Source of the DNA: Myxococcota bacterium
Lineage (GTDB): Bacteria > Myxococcota_A > UBA9160 > UBA6930
Direction: 5' to 3'
DNA length: 64,000 nucleotides
Assembly (NCBI GenBank): GCA_965223705.1
Contig: OZ245015.1
Location: 3,264,001-3,328,000, forward strand
Both the position numbers and the translations under genes were made by a program. The notes beneath the pieces are model-generated. The model had not been told where the DNA came from. It saw only the letters and a program-made list of their open reading frames with translations, and ran no database searches. Of the stretch, positions 55,682-64,000 are shown one piece after another. Every line of letters starts with the position of its first letter. Positions within the stretch are counted from its first letter, which is position 1.

Positions 55682-57924
55682 TACGCGTCACCCACGGGCT
55701 CGAACGCGAAGTCGTCGTCCACCTGCCAAAAGCCGCGGAACTCGCGATCGAACTTGTCGAAGGACAAGCTCTGCTCGTACATCTCGTGAACTTCGGGCAC
55801 GAAATTCTTCGCGATAACGCGCTGACGCTCTTCGGCCCACCACTCGTCGGCAGGCCGCGACTCGGCCAGGCGCTCGTCGCGGAGCCTCGCGCGCTCTTCC
55901 CGCGTCGCCTTCGCGTCGAGCTGCCACGCACCCTTTTCGTCCCGACGCGCGACGACGCCGTGCATCGCGCGCACGAACTCGTACTTCGGGGTCATCCCCT
56001 CGTTCAAGTCTTGGATCACCGATGCGGGATCGCGCTCCAGCGGATCGCCCCATCCCCCGGCGGCGCCGGCGGCGTCGACGAAAAGATCGTTGTCCTTGAG
56101 CGCGAGCTCCGGGCAATCGGTCTTCCAGATTTCGAGGTTCCCCACCTCCAGGCGCCCGTCGTCGACCATCTCCAGCAGATCTCGCGCGTCGCGGGGAGTC
56201 TCGCCACTCTCGAGCAGCGTGCCCAAGTTCGTGTCTCGGGCTGAGATCATGAAACAGCCCGGCGCGGGGTACGCGCCGCTCATACCGAGGCCCACTGCCG
56301 CGGTGCAAGACAGCCCGCCGTTCGGCCGGGTGAGCGCGATATGGCGCCCCGGCTCGACGCACCAGTGGACGGCCGAATTGCCCGGGCCGCCCCGGTACTT
56401 CCCGTACCCGAAGTAGCCCTTGAGAAGCTTGCGACCCAGGTAAAAGAGCGGCGGAATCGTGCTCTCGAACTCTTCGGCATCACCGATGGTCGCGAGCTGC
56501 GACCAGGCTGCCCAGACGAGCGGCTCGCCGTCGCGGTAACAGAACGCTCCCCGCCCCGTGCCGCCCAACCACTCGAAGTTGGTAAAGCCGTAGGCCGTGC
56601 CGTCTGCGGCGGTGCCGGCGCCCTGAAACGCGCCCCAGCAACCGTCGACGGTGAACGCCTCCTCGAGGTAGCCGCGGGAGAACATCGCCCGGGAGACCGC
56701 GCCGAACCCGATGCTGTTGATCGACACGGTCTGGGCCCAGAGGTTCGCGTTGCTCGCAAATTCATTGTCGGGGTTGTAGATACTGCCCTTCGGATAGTGG
56801 CGCTTGATCGCCAGGTCGATCCCGCCCGTCACTTTCGTGTTATGTGAGAACGAGTTGATCATGCCGAGGAACACCGCGCAGTCGACACCACCGGGGGTGG
56901 CGTTGTAGGAGTGGTAGCCCCAGCGCGAGCTGCCTTCGGTGTCGAGCAGCAGGCCATCCTGCCCCGGCTCGACCGAACCGCGCACGTGAATCAGCGTGTT
57001 CTTGTTCGCGTGGGACCAGACATTCTGCAGGCCTTCGTATTTCACCAACCGGAAAGCACAACCGTTGTAGGTCCCCGGTACGGTGGTCTCGCGAATGTTG
57101 TCGACGACGCGCCGGCGGCTCTCTTCGACGATCTCACGAATCGCGCGCTTGTAGTAGTCGAGCCCGAACTCTTCGATGAGCTTGTGGGTCGCCTCGTGGA
57201 TCATGGTGCAGCCCGCAAGGCGCATCTTGTCGTCCAAGATGTTCATCGTGGCGGCGCGGGTGCGCCGCTCCCACAACGCCTTCCACCAGGCGGCTTGCTG
57301 AAGGTTCTTCCCCGTCTTCATCGGGGGACACACGAAGCCGTCCATAAACGTGTCGACCGAGAACGTCGCCCAACTGCCGGCGACCGGTGCACCGTTTTCC
57401 ATCAGGTGATTGATGCCGACCGACCAGGCCACGACTTCGCCTTCAATGACGATGGGTACGAACGTGTAAAAGTCGCCTGGGTGGGGAACACCACCGGTCA
57501 GACCGTCGGACACGGCGTAGACATCGCCGTCGTCGATGCCGTCTTTCAGGTCGTAGTCGTTGTCCGCCATGTAGCGGATGGCGACCGGAAGGATCGCCGT
57601 GTGCGAGAGGAAACCGAGCGACACCGCGAGCGCATCGCCTTCGGGTGTGGCCAGCCCCCAGAGCACCTCGCCCATCTCACGAGAGCCGGGGCTCGCAGCG
57701 ACAAAGCGAGCGGACTCGCGAGCCGCGAGCACGGCCGAGTGGATCTTGGAGTAGAAGCGCTCGTATCGGATCGGGTCGGAGTCGCGAAGGGAGAGCTCCT
57801 CGACTCCGTAGTAGTGGCCGGTCTCGTTCGTCAGTGAGTCCCGCCGCTCGAGCTGTTCCCGTAGCGTGGGTCGCACCGGTTCCGGGTCGGCTATCGAGGT
57901 CGGCTCGTGAGCGATCATGGCCAT
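55681..57924 (-). CDS. acxB: acetone carboxylase alpha subunit-like (hydantoinase B family)
   Basis: GHYYG.E.L.LRDSDPIRYE, EMGE, metal-site-like HPGD and NHLMENG, GYGKYRGG, GGWGDPLERDP. Confidence 0.85.
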   Translation of the reverse strand: MAMIAHEPTSIADPEPVRPTLREQLERRDSLTNETGHYYGVEELSLRDSDPIRYERFYSKIHSAVLAARESARFVAASPGSREMGEVLWGLATPEGDALAVSLGFLSHTAILPVAIRYMADNDYDLKDGIDDGDVYAVSDGLTGGVPHPGDFYTFVPIVIEGEVVAWSVGINHLMENGAPVAGSWATFSVDTFMDGFVCPPMKTGKNLQQAAWWKALWERRTRAATMNILDDKMRLAGCTMIHEATHKLIEEFGLDYYKRAIREIVEESRRRVVDNIRETTVPGTYNGCAFRLVKYEGLQNVWSHANKNTLIHVRGSVEPGQDGLLLDTEGSSRWGYHSYNATPGGVDCAVFLGMINSFSHNTKVTGGIDLAIKRHYPKGSIYNPDNEFASNANLWAQTVSINSIGFGAVSRAMFSRGYLEEAFTVDGCWGAFQGAGTAADGTAYGFTNFEWLGGTGRGAFCYRDGEPLVWAAWSQLATIGDAEEFESTIPPLFYLGRKLLKGYFGYGKYRGGPGNSAVHWCVEPGRHIALTRPNGGLSCTAAVGLGMSGAYPAPGCFMISARDTNLGTLLESGETPRDARDLLEMVDDGRLEVGNLEIWKTDCPELALKDNDLFVDAAGAAGGWGDPLERDPASVIQDLNEGMTPKYEFVRAMHGVVARRDEKGAWQLDAKATREERARLRDERLAESRPADEWWAEERQRVIAKNFVPEVHEMYEQSLSFDKFDREFRGFWQVDDDFAFEPVGDA

Positions 57925-58071
57925 CGGAAAACCCTCTCTCGTCCTCTACCAAACATTGTGAAACAGGCTCTACGGGGGCGCGAGGGTAGCATACGGCCAC
58001 CTTCGTCGGTCCCTGATCCTCGCTATCTTGTAGGGCTCAAACCAGGACCGCACTGGGGAGGATTCCGTCGA

Positions 58072-58644
58072 ATGAAACGAAGCATGACCAAGGAGGAGAT
58101 CGAAGAACGGACCGCTCGTTACACCGATCTCGAGCCGATGAACGTCCCGATCGACCGCGAGGTCGTTTCTCAGGACGCAATGGACGTGATCTTTGCCCGC
58201 ACGATCATGCCGGTCATCATGGAGCGTACGAAGAATCCGTTTGGCGACACCGGCGCAATCTATGGTGCGAACGGCATGACCATGAATATCTCCGTGCTTC
58301 CGCCGAGCCAGGGCCCCTGCCTGCACGCCCACAACGCCACGTTTGAAACTTTCGTCGTCCTCGAAGGGAAAATCACGTTCCGGGTCGGAGACCCCGGCGA
58401 GGAAGAGCAGGTGACGCTTCAACGGTGGGACAGTTTCAGTTGCCCGCCTGAGGTCTACCGCGGATTCACCAATGCGAGCGATACGGATCAGGCCGTGCTT
58501 TTGACCGTGATCAACGGCGACCCCGACGCGCGAGACGACGTGAACGTTCCAGCCGCTATCACGGAGCAGCTTCGGCGCGATCACGGAGAGCCCGTCGTCG
58601 AGGCGTTTCGGGCGATCGCGAGCCTTCCCGACGCGGAAGCGTAG
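58072..58644 (+). CDS. cupin domain protein
   Basis: GPCLHAHNATFETFVVLEG, PPEVYRGFTN; GGGGAGG RBS. Confidence 0.8.
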   Translation: MKRSMTKEEIEERTARYTDLEPMNVPIDREVVSQDAMDVIFARTIMPVIMERTKNPFGDTGAIYGANGMTMNISVLPPSQGPCLHAHNATFETFVVLEGKITFRVGDPGEEEQVTLQRWDSFSCPPEVYRGFTNASDTDQAVLLTVINGDPDARDDVNVPAAITEQLRRDHGEPVVEAFRAIASLPDAEA

Positions 58645-58654
58645 GATCGCCCCG

Positions 58655-59458
58655 ATGTCCGAGACCGTGCTGTACGAAAAAGTGGGGCCTGTGGCTCGGA
58701 TCACGAAAAACCGCCCCCGCTACAGGAACGCGCAATCGCGCGTTCTTCTCGAGGAACTCGACGCGGCGTTCGGCGAGGCCATGCGCGACGAGGACATCCG
58801 CGTCGCCGTAGTCTTCGGTGCGGGCGACCATTGGTCCTCGGGCCACGACCTGGGCACTCCGGATGAAATGGCCGACCGAAAAGAACGGCCTTACCCGCCC
58901 GGTGTCGTCGGCCACCATCAGCGCAGTTGGGACTGGAACGTTGAGAACACGATGCGTTGGCGCGATCTTCCGAAGCCGACGATCGCCGCCGTCCAAGGGA
59001 TGTGCATCTACGGCGGGTTCATGGTGGCGTCAGCGATGGACCTCATCGTGGCAGCAGACGACGCGAAGTTTCTCCCGTTTCTGCTGCAGTACCAGTCGAC
59101 CCCTTGGGATATCGGCGCACGGCGGACCAAGGATCTCTTGTGGGAGCAAGGTCACCTGACCGCCGCGGAAGCGCACAACCTCGGTTTCGTTTCGGAAATC
59201 TGCACATCGGCAGAGCTCGAATCGGTCGCCATGGCGAAAGCCGAGCGAATCGCCAGCCTTCACCCTCTGGCCGCGCAAATGATCAAGCGGCAGGTCAATG
59301 AAGCGCAGGATGCCATGGGCTTTCGGTTGGCGATCTCAGCCGGGCATTCCGCCTACATGGTCGCGAATTTGGGACACGTGTTCTTCGACCGCGACAACCC
59401 GTTCGGCTCCCGCAAGAAGATGCCGTGGGTACAAAACTCGAAATCAAGCGACGAGTGA
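58655..59458 (+). CDS. enoyl-CoA hydratase-like protein
   Basis: NRPRYRNAQ, WSSGHDLG, PKPTIAAVQG.CIYGG. Confidence 0.88.
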   Translation: MSETVLYEKVGPVARITKNRPRYRNAQSRVLLEELDAAFGEAMRDEDIRVAVVFGAGDHWSSGHDLGTPDEMADRKERPYPPGVVGHHQRSWDWNVENTMRWRDLPKPTIAAVQGMCIYGGFMVASAMDLIVAADDAKFLPFLLQYQSTPWDIGARRTKDLLWEQGHLTAAEAHNLGFVSEICTSAELESVAMAKAERIASLHPLAAQMIKRQVNEAQDAMGFRLAISAGHSAYMVANLGHVFFDRDNPFGSRKKMPWVQNSKSSDE

Positions 59459-59513
59459 CGCCAACTGCGAGAAACCGTCGGATGCCGCTACACCCCGCCG
59501 GATCGGTGCCGCG

Positions 59514-60392
59514 CTACGCGTCGCCTTCCGCGGGGAGCTTATCCGCTGTACGGGTTTCGAAATCGCTCGCGTCGTGTCGCTCCGGTAATTGGGACTCCGG
59601 TTTCCCCCAAACGCGGTTCACCATGCGTCCTCGCTTCACGGCCGGGCGCTCGGCGATCGCTTGCGTCCAGCGTTGGACGTGCGTGTAGCTCTCCGCCTCG
59701 ATGAACTCGCCGGCTTCGTAGAGAAGCCCCTCGACGAGCGCCCCGTACCAGGGCCAGATCGCCATATCGGCGATCGAGTAGTCCGCACCGGCGATGAACG
59801 GGTTGTCTGCAAGACGCCGATCCAACACGTCGAGCTGGCGCTTCACTTCCATGGTGAAGCGGTCAATGGCGTACTCGATCTTCTCGGGTGCGTACGCGTA
59901 GAAGTGGCCGAAACCACCTCCGAGGTAGGGTGCGCTGCCCATTTGCCAAAAGAGCCAGCTCAGACACTCGGCGCGCTGCGACGGCTCGCTGGGCAGGAAC
60001 GCGCCGAACTTTTCGGCCAGGTAGAGAAGAATCGCCCCCGACTCGAACACGCGCGTCGGGGGGTCGGTGCTGTGATCGACCATCGCGGGGATCTTGGAGT
60101 TCGGGTTTGCCGCCACGAAGCCACTGCCGAACTGGTCACCGTCATTGATCTTGATCAGGAACGCGTCGTATTCCGCGCCGTTGTGCCCCAACGCGAGGAG
60201 CTCCTCGAGCATCACGGTGACCTTGACGCCGTTCGGCGTTCCGAGGGAGTAGAGCTGCAGCGGATGCTTCCCCACCGGCAGCTCCTTCTCGTGCGTCGCT
60301 CCCGCGATCGGGCGATTGATATTCGCGAAACGACCACCGCTCCCAGATTGCCATTTCCATACTTTGGGCGGCGTGTAGGACGTCTCGGTCAT
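59514..60392 (-). CDS. yghU: glutathione-dependent disulfide-bond oxidoreductase (Nu-class GST, YghU)
   Basis: YTPPKVWKW, LPVGKHPLQLYSLGTPNGVKV, WQMGSAPYLGGGFGHFYAYAP, ERHDASDF. Confidence 0.92.
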   Translation of the reverse strand: MTETSYTPPKVWKWQSGSGGRFANINRPIAGATHEKELPVGKHPLQLYSLGTPNGVKVTVMLEELLALGHNGAEYDAFLIKINDGDQFGSGFVAANPNSKIPAMVDHSTDPPTRVFESGAILLYLAEKFGAFLPSEPSQRAECLSWLFWQMGSAPYLGGGFGHFYAYAPEKIEYAIDRFTMEVKRQLDVLDRRLADNPFIAGADYSIADMAIWPWYGALVEGLLYEAGEFIEAESYTHVQRWTQAIAERPAVKRGRMVNRVWGKPESQLPERHDASDFETRTADKLPAEGDA

Positions 60393-60502
60393 GAAAACTC
60401 CTCGGGAAGGGGTGGTCGGGCGAGTAACGAACGGCTGATCCGGTTCGTATGAAAGGTACCATGCACCCTCACGTGGGCAGAGACCTAGTTGGAGCCAAGA
60501 AC

Positions 60503-61756
60503 ATGTCGCGCGAAGTCTTCCAGGATGCCGTCCAACGCGTCGAAACGATCGGAGCCCGGGCGGGAGTCGGCTCTGACGTGCTCGCCGCCTTGCGAGAGCC
60601 TCTCGAGACGCTGTCCGCGAGCTTGCCCGTGCGCATGGACGACGGATCCATGCGCTACTTCCCTGCATTTCGCACTCGCTACAACGATGCGTGCGGACCG
60701 ACGAAAGGCGGCGTGCGCTTTCACCCGAACGTCACCCGAAGCGAAGTCCAGGCTCTCGCACTCTGGATGACCATCAAATGCGCGGTCGTCGGTCTGCCTT
60801 ATGGTGGCGGAAAAGGTGGCGTCGTCGTCGACCCCAGGGAGCTGTCGACCCTCGAGTTAGAACGGCTCTCTCGGGCCTTTGTGCGTGCCATGGCCGATTT
60901 CATCGGGCCCGAACGCGACATCCCGGCGCCCGACGTCTACACGAACGCGCGCATCATGGGCTGGATGGCGGATGAGTACCAGTCCATCCACCGGCGCCGC
61001 GCCCCGGGTGTCGTGACCGGCAAACCCGTGGTCCTCGGAGGGAGCCTCGGCCGCGACGAAGCCACCGGCCGGGGGGCCTTCCTCGTGATCCGCGAGTTCG
61101 CAAAACGTCGCAACATGACGCCCGCGGAGACGCGGGTCGCCGTCCAGGGTTTTGGAAACGCCGGCACCCACGTCGCACACCTTCTCAACGCCGACGGTTT
61201 TCGGGTGGTCGCGGTGAGCGATTCCCGGGGTGGAGTCTACGATGAGAACGGGTTCGACATCCCGAGCCTGATCGAACACAAGCGCGCCAAGGGTGGACTG
61301 GGCGAGCACAAACCTCTTTCGAACGAGGAGCTTCTCGAACTCGATGTCGAGCTCCTCATACCGTCCGCGCTCGAAGGGGTCATCACGGCGGAAAACGCGA
61401 GCCGCATCCGCGCGCAAACCATCGCCGAAGTCGCGAACGGCCCGATCGCGAGCTCTGCCGATCCGATTCTCCGCGAACGCGGCGTGACCGTCTTGCCCGA
61501 TGTACTCGTCAACGCGGGCGGCGTCACCGTCAGCTACTTCGAGTGGGTCCAAAACCGCATCGGCGAAGCGTGGAGTCTCTTTACGGTTCGCGAGCGCCTG
61601 GAAGAGACGATGGTCTCCGCGTTTGACGCGATCTGGGAACTTCACGAAAGCGAAGACTTCAGTGTGCGAGAAGCCGCCTATGTCCGGGCGCTTCGGCGAA
61701 TCGCCGAGGCCATCGAGGCCGGTGGCGCGAGCACGTCACTCGTCGCGGCTCGCTAG
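60503..61756 (+). CDS. gdhA: Glu/Leu/Phe/Val dehydrogenase (glutamate dehydrogenase)
   Basis: GPTKGGVRFHP, GGGKGG, DIPAPDV, TGKP...GGS.GR.EATGRG, QGFGNAG, NAGGVTVSYFEW. Confidence 0.9.
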   Translation: MSREVFQDAVQRVETIGARAGVGSDVLAALREPLETLSASLPVRMDDGSMRYFPAFRTRYNDACGPTKGGVRFHPNVTRSEVQALALWMTIKCAVVGLPYGGGKGGVVVDPRELSTLELERLSRAFVRAMADFIGPERDIPAPDVYTNARIMGWMADEYQSIHRRRAPGVVTGKPVVLGGSLGRDEATGRGAFLVIREFAKRRNMTPAETRVAVQGFGNAGTHVAHLLNADGFRVVAVSDSRGGVYDENGFDIPSLIEHKRAKGGLGEHKPLSNEELLELDVELLIPSALEGVITAENASRIRAQTIAEVANGPIASSADPILRERGVTVLPDVLVNAGGVTVSYFEWVQNRIGEAWSLFTVRERLEETMVSAFDAIWELHESEDFSVREAAYVRALRRIAEAIEAGGASTSLVAAR

Positions 61757-62199
61757 TCCAAGCGACCCGTGACGAGGTTTTCCACCGTGGCCACGGAAAG
61801 CACGTTCTCATCTTTGTCGAGGATCTCGAAGAGGCGACCGTCAGGAGCGTACATGTTGAACAAGAGTACCGATCCCGACGATCCCGCGTACTCCATATGG
61901 ACGTCGCCCGCGGGCTTGTGCGCATAGTCGCCGGCGAGGCGTACCTTGTGATCGAGCTCGACGCCCTTCGCCATCTCGATGACGTGGTGTTCCCCTCGAA
62001 GTACGGTCGTCGTCGTGTCGACCAGGTGCCGATGAAAGTGGCAGTAGGAATTCGGCTCCCACCGGAAAGCGACGTCGATATGCCCGTCGGGTCGGGCACT
62101 CAAGACGGAGAAGGAATAATCGATCGGGTATTCGAATCCATCCCCTCCTTCCAGACGTACCCAATCCAAACTATCGGTATCCAGTAGTCTCACGGGCAA
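61753..62199 (-). CDS. cupin-fold protein (close paralog of 41444..41914)
   Basis: YPIDY, RWEPNSYCHFHRHL, VLRGEHHV, GDVHMEYAG; TTG start after GGAGG. Confidence 0.72.
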   Translation of the reverse strand: MPVRLLDTDSLDWVRLEGGDGFEYPIDYSFSVLSARPDGHIDVAFRWEPNSYCHFHRHLVDTTTTVLRGEHHVIEMAKGVELDHKVRLAGDYAHKPAGDVHMEYAGSSGSVLLFNMYAPDGRLFEILDKDENVLSVATVENLVTGRLD

Positions 62200-62286
62200 C
62201 CTCCGAAGGCGTGTTGTGTCGATTCATTTTAGCAAGCTTCCCGCAGGGGTAACCGTTTTCCGCGCCGCCCGTACCATAGGTGAGTC

Positions 62287-63966
62287 GTGGCTATGACGAG
62301 TACTGCTGACCTGACGACGCACATCCAAGATCCGCTCCGACTCGCAGCGTTGCGTGAAGTCGCCCTGCTCGATTCGCCGGAGGAGGAGGCGTTCAATCGA
62401 CTGACACGCTTGGCCGCCCGCTTCACGAGGGCGCCTGTCGCGCTGGTCACGCTCATCGACTCCGACCGGCAGTTCTTCATGAGCTCTCTCGGGCTGCCGA
62501 CTGAATTCCAGGAGTTGCGGGAGACCCCGCTCGACCTCTCCTTCTGTCAGTACAATCGCTTCGCGGGCCGGCCGATGGTCGTGGAGGATTCCCGTTCCGA
62601 TCCCATCCTGCGGAACAACCCCGCAACGGAGATGCTTCCGCTCATCGCTTACTTGGGCTTTCCCTTGGTCACGTCGGAGGGCCACGTGCTCGGCGCACTG
62701 TGTGTCATTGACACGCGTCCGCGACAGTGGACCGATGAGGAAATCGTTGTGGTTGAAGAGCTCGCACACGCAGCGATGGATGAGATCCGGCTCCGAACGG
62801 AGAGGAACAAACGAGATCTGGCGGAGACGCGCAACCGCGAGCTCGGCGAACCCACCGAGCAGTCGGACAAGTTGCATCAAGACCAGAAGATGGAGGCCAT
62901 CGGCCGCCTTGCCGGTGGCGTCGCACACGATCTCAACAATCTGCTCACTCCGATCTTGGGCTACACGGAGTCTCTCCTCCACGAACCTCAGATCACGCCT
63001 CGTCAGAGACGCTCGCTTGATGAAGTCTTTCAAGCGAGCTTGCGCGCCCGAGATCTCGTTAAGAAACTACTCGCGGTCGGCAGGAAACAGCGCTTGGAGC
63101 TCCGCGCTGTCGACCTGAACACGATCGTTCGCGGCGTGAAAGACTTGCTGCGGCGGACCGTCCCCGAGGACGTGCGGGTCAACACCGAGCTGGCGCCGAA
63201 CCTACGACCGGTTCTTGCCGACGCCGGTGAGGTCGAGCGCTTGGTCTTGAACCTCGCCGTGAACGCGACCGATGCCATGCGCGATGGTGGCGAACTCTCG
63301 ATTGCGACCGCGATGGCCGGTACCGAGAACTCCGGCGCGTCATCCGAGCGCGGTCACGCGGTGTTGTCCGTTCGCGACACCGGTCATGGAATGGACGAAG
63401 AGACTAAGCAACGGGCCTTCGACCCGTTCTTTTCGACAAAAGGCAACGGGGGCACCGGCCTGGGGTTGGCGACCGTTTTCGGTGTAGCGGAGCAACATGG
63501 GGGTAGCGTCGAGTTGGAATCCCGCGAAGGCGTCGGGACGACCGTCCGTGTCTACCTGCCGATTGCCAGGGGGGAGCCGGTCGACCCGGTGCGCCCGACG
63601 TTTCGGAAGGCGGACCTTCGGGGAACCGAAACCATCGTGCTCGTAGAAGACAACACCCAGGTGCGAGAGCTTGTGCGAGGCACTCTCGAGCAGCATGGAT
63701 ACCACGTGTTGGCCCACGCAAACGGTTCTTCGGCGCTCGAACAACTTTCCGCTTACCGCGATGCAGTCCATCTTCTGCTGACTGATGTTGTCATGCCAGG
63801 AATGAACGGTCGAGAACTGTTCGAGCGGTGCACCGAGCTTCGTCCGAGCCTCAAGGCCCTCTACATGTCGGGGTACGCGCACCACTTTGTGACCACCGGC
63901 GTGCAACTCATCGAGAAGCCCTTCTCGACCGAGGAATTGCTGCGGCGGATTCGCGAACTGTTGTAG
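62287..63966 (+). CDS. soluble hybrid sensor histidine kinase (GAF-HisKA-HATPase-REC)
   Basis: RLAALR...LLD.PEE..F.RLTRLAA GAF; H-box VAHDLNNLL; NLAVNA.DAM, DTGHGM, FFSTK, GTGLGL; receiver LLTDVVMPGMNG...KP. Confidence 0.92.
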   Translation: MAMTSTADLTTHIQDPLRLAALREVALLDSPEEEAFNRLTRLAARFTRAPVALVTLIDSDRQFFMSSLGLPTEFQELRETPLDLSFCQYNRFAGRPMVVEDSRSDPILRNNPATEMLPLIAYLGFPLVTSEGHVLGALCVIDTRPRQWTDEEIVVVEELAHAAMDEIRLRTERNKRDLAETRNRELGEPTEQSDKLHQDQKMEAIGRLAGGVAHDLNNLLTPILGYTESLLHEPQITPRQRRSLDEVFQASLRARDLVKKLLAVGRKQRLELRAVDLNTIVRGVKDLLRRTVPEDVRVNTELAPNLRPVLADAGEVERLVLNLAVNATDAMRDGGELSIATAMAGTENSGASSERGHAVLSVRDTGHGMDEETKQRAFDPFFSTKGNGGTGLGLATVFGVAEQHGGSVELESREGVGTTVRVYLPIARGEPVDPVRPTFRKADLRGTETIVLVEDNTQVRELVRGTLEQHGYHVLAHANGSSALEQLSAYRDAVHLLLTDVVMPGMNGRELFERCTELRPSLKALYMSGYAHHFVTTGVQLIEKPFSTEELLRRIRELL

Positions 63967-64000
63967 ATCCCTGCTAAAGACCGAGTAGCCGAGTTCGAAC

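Noticed and set aside
60427..60448. Short IR ACGAAC-N10-GTTCGT between yghU and gdhA
   Set aside because: A 6-bp IR with a long spacer is expected by chance, and no second copy was noticed
1..64000. CRISPR arrays, IS/integrase/phage genes, rRNA/tRNA genes, defence systems
   Set aside because: I saw no regularly spaced direct repeats, transposase or integrase motifs, or RNA-gene-like segments; intergenic gaps are short. This was a visual scan only, so Infernal/tRNAscan would be needed to exclude small RNAs.

Overview
High-GC bacterial window, densely coding (about 67 CDS), dominated by oxidative and catabolic enzymes: 8 luciferase-like monooxygenases (LLMs), 2 Baeyer-Villiger/flavin monooxygenases, an HsaA-like flavin oxygenase, 2 CoA transferases, 3 crotonases, 3 alpha/beta hydrolases, 2 GSTs, 5 small cupins and three 2OG-Fe(II) oxygenases. 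I saw no rRNA, tRNA, CRISPR or mobile element. Main observations: (1) two complete four-gene soluble di-iron monooxygenase (SDIMO) operons about 11 kb apart, one in group-6 order (alpha-beta-coupling-reductase, followed by an amidase and an APC permease) and one divergent system in alkene-monooxygenase order (beta-coupling-alpha-reductase). (2) A TetR regulator resembling Vibrio LuxR/HapR/SmcR sits head-to-head with the second operon, and a shared palindrome TGAYAA-N2-TTRTCA overlaps the sigma70-like promoter of both SDIMO operons. (3) An acetone carboxylase-like operon in permuted order (alpha-gamma-beta) continues into a peroxiredoxin-like gene with an in-frame TGA in a UxxC motif and a SECIS-like hairpin; this probable selenoprotein is truncated in the ORF track. 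A TauD-type dioxygenase follows it. Family assignments come from motif recognition and recalled family sequences, not from database searches. Many start codons were re-picked from RBS position.
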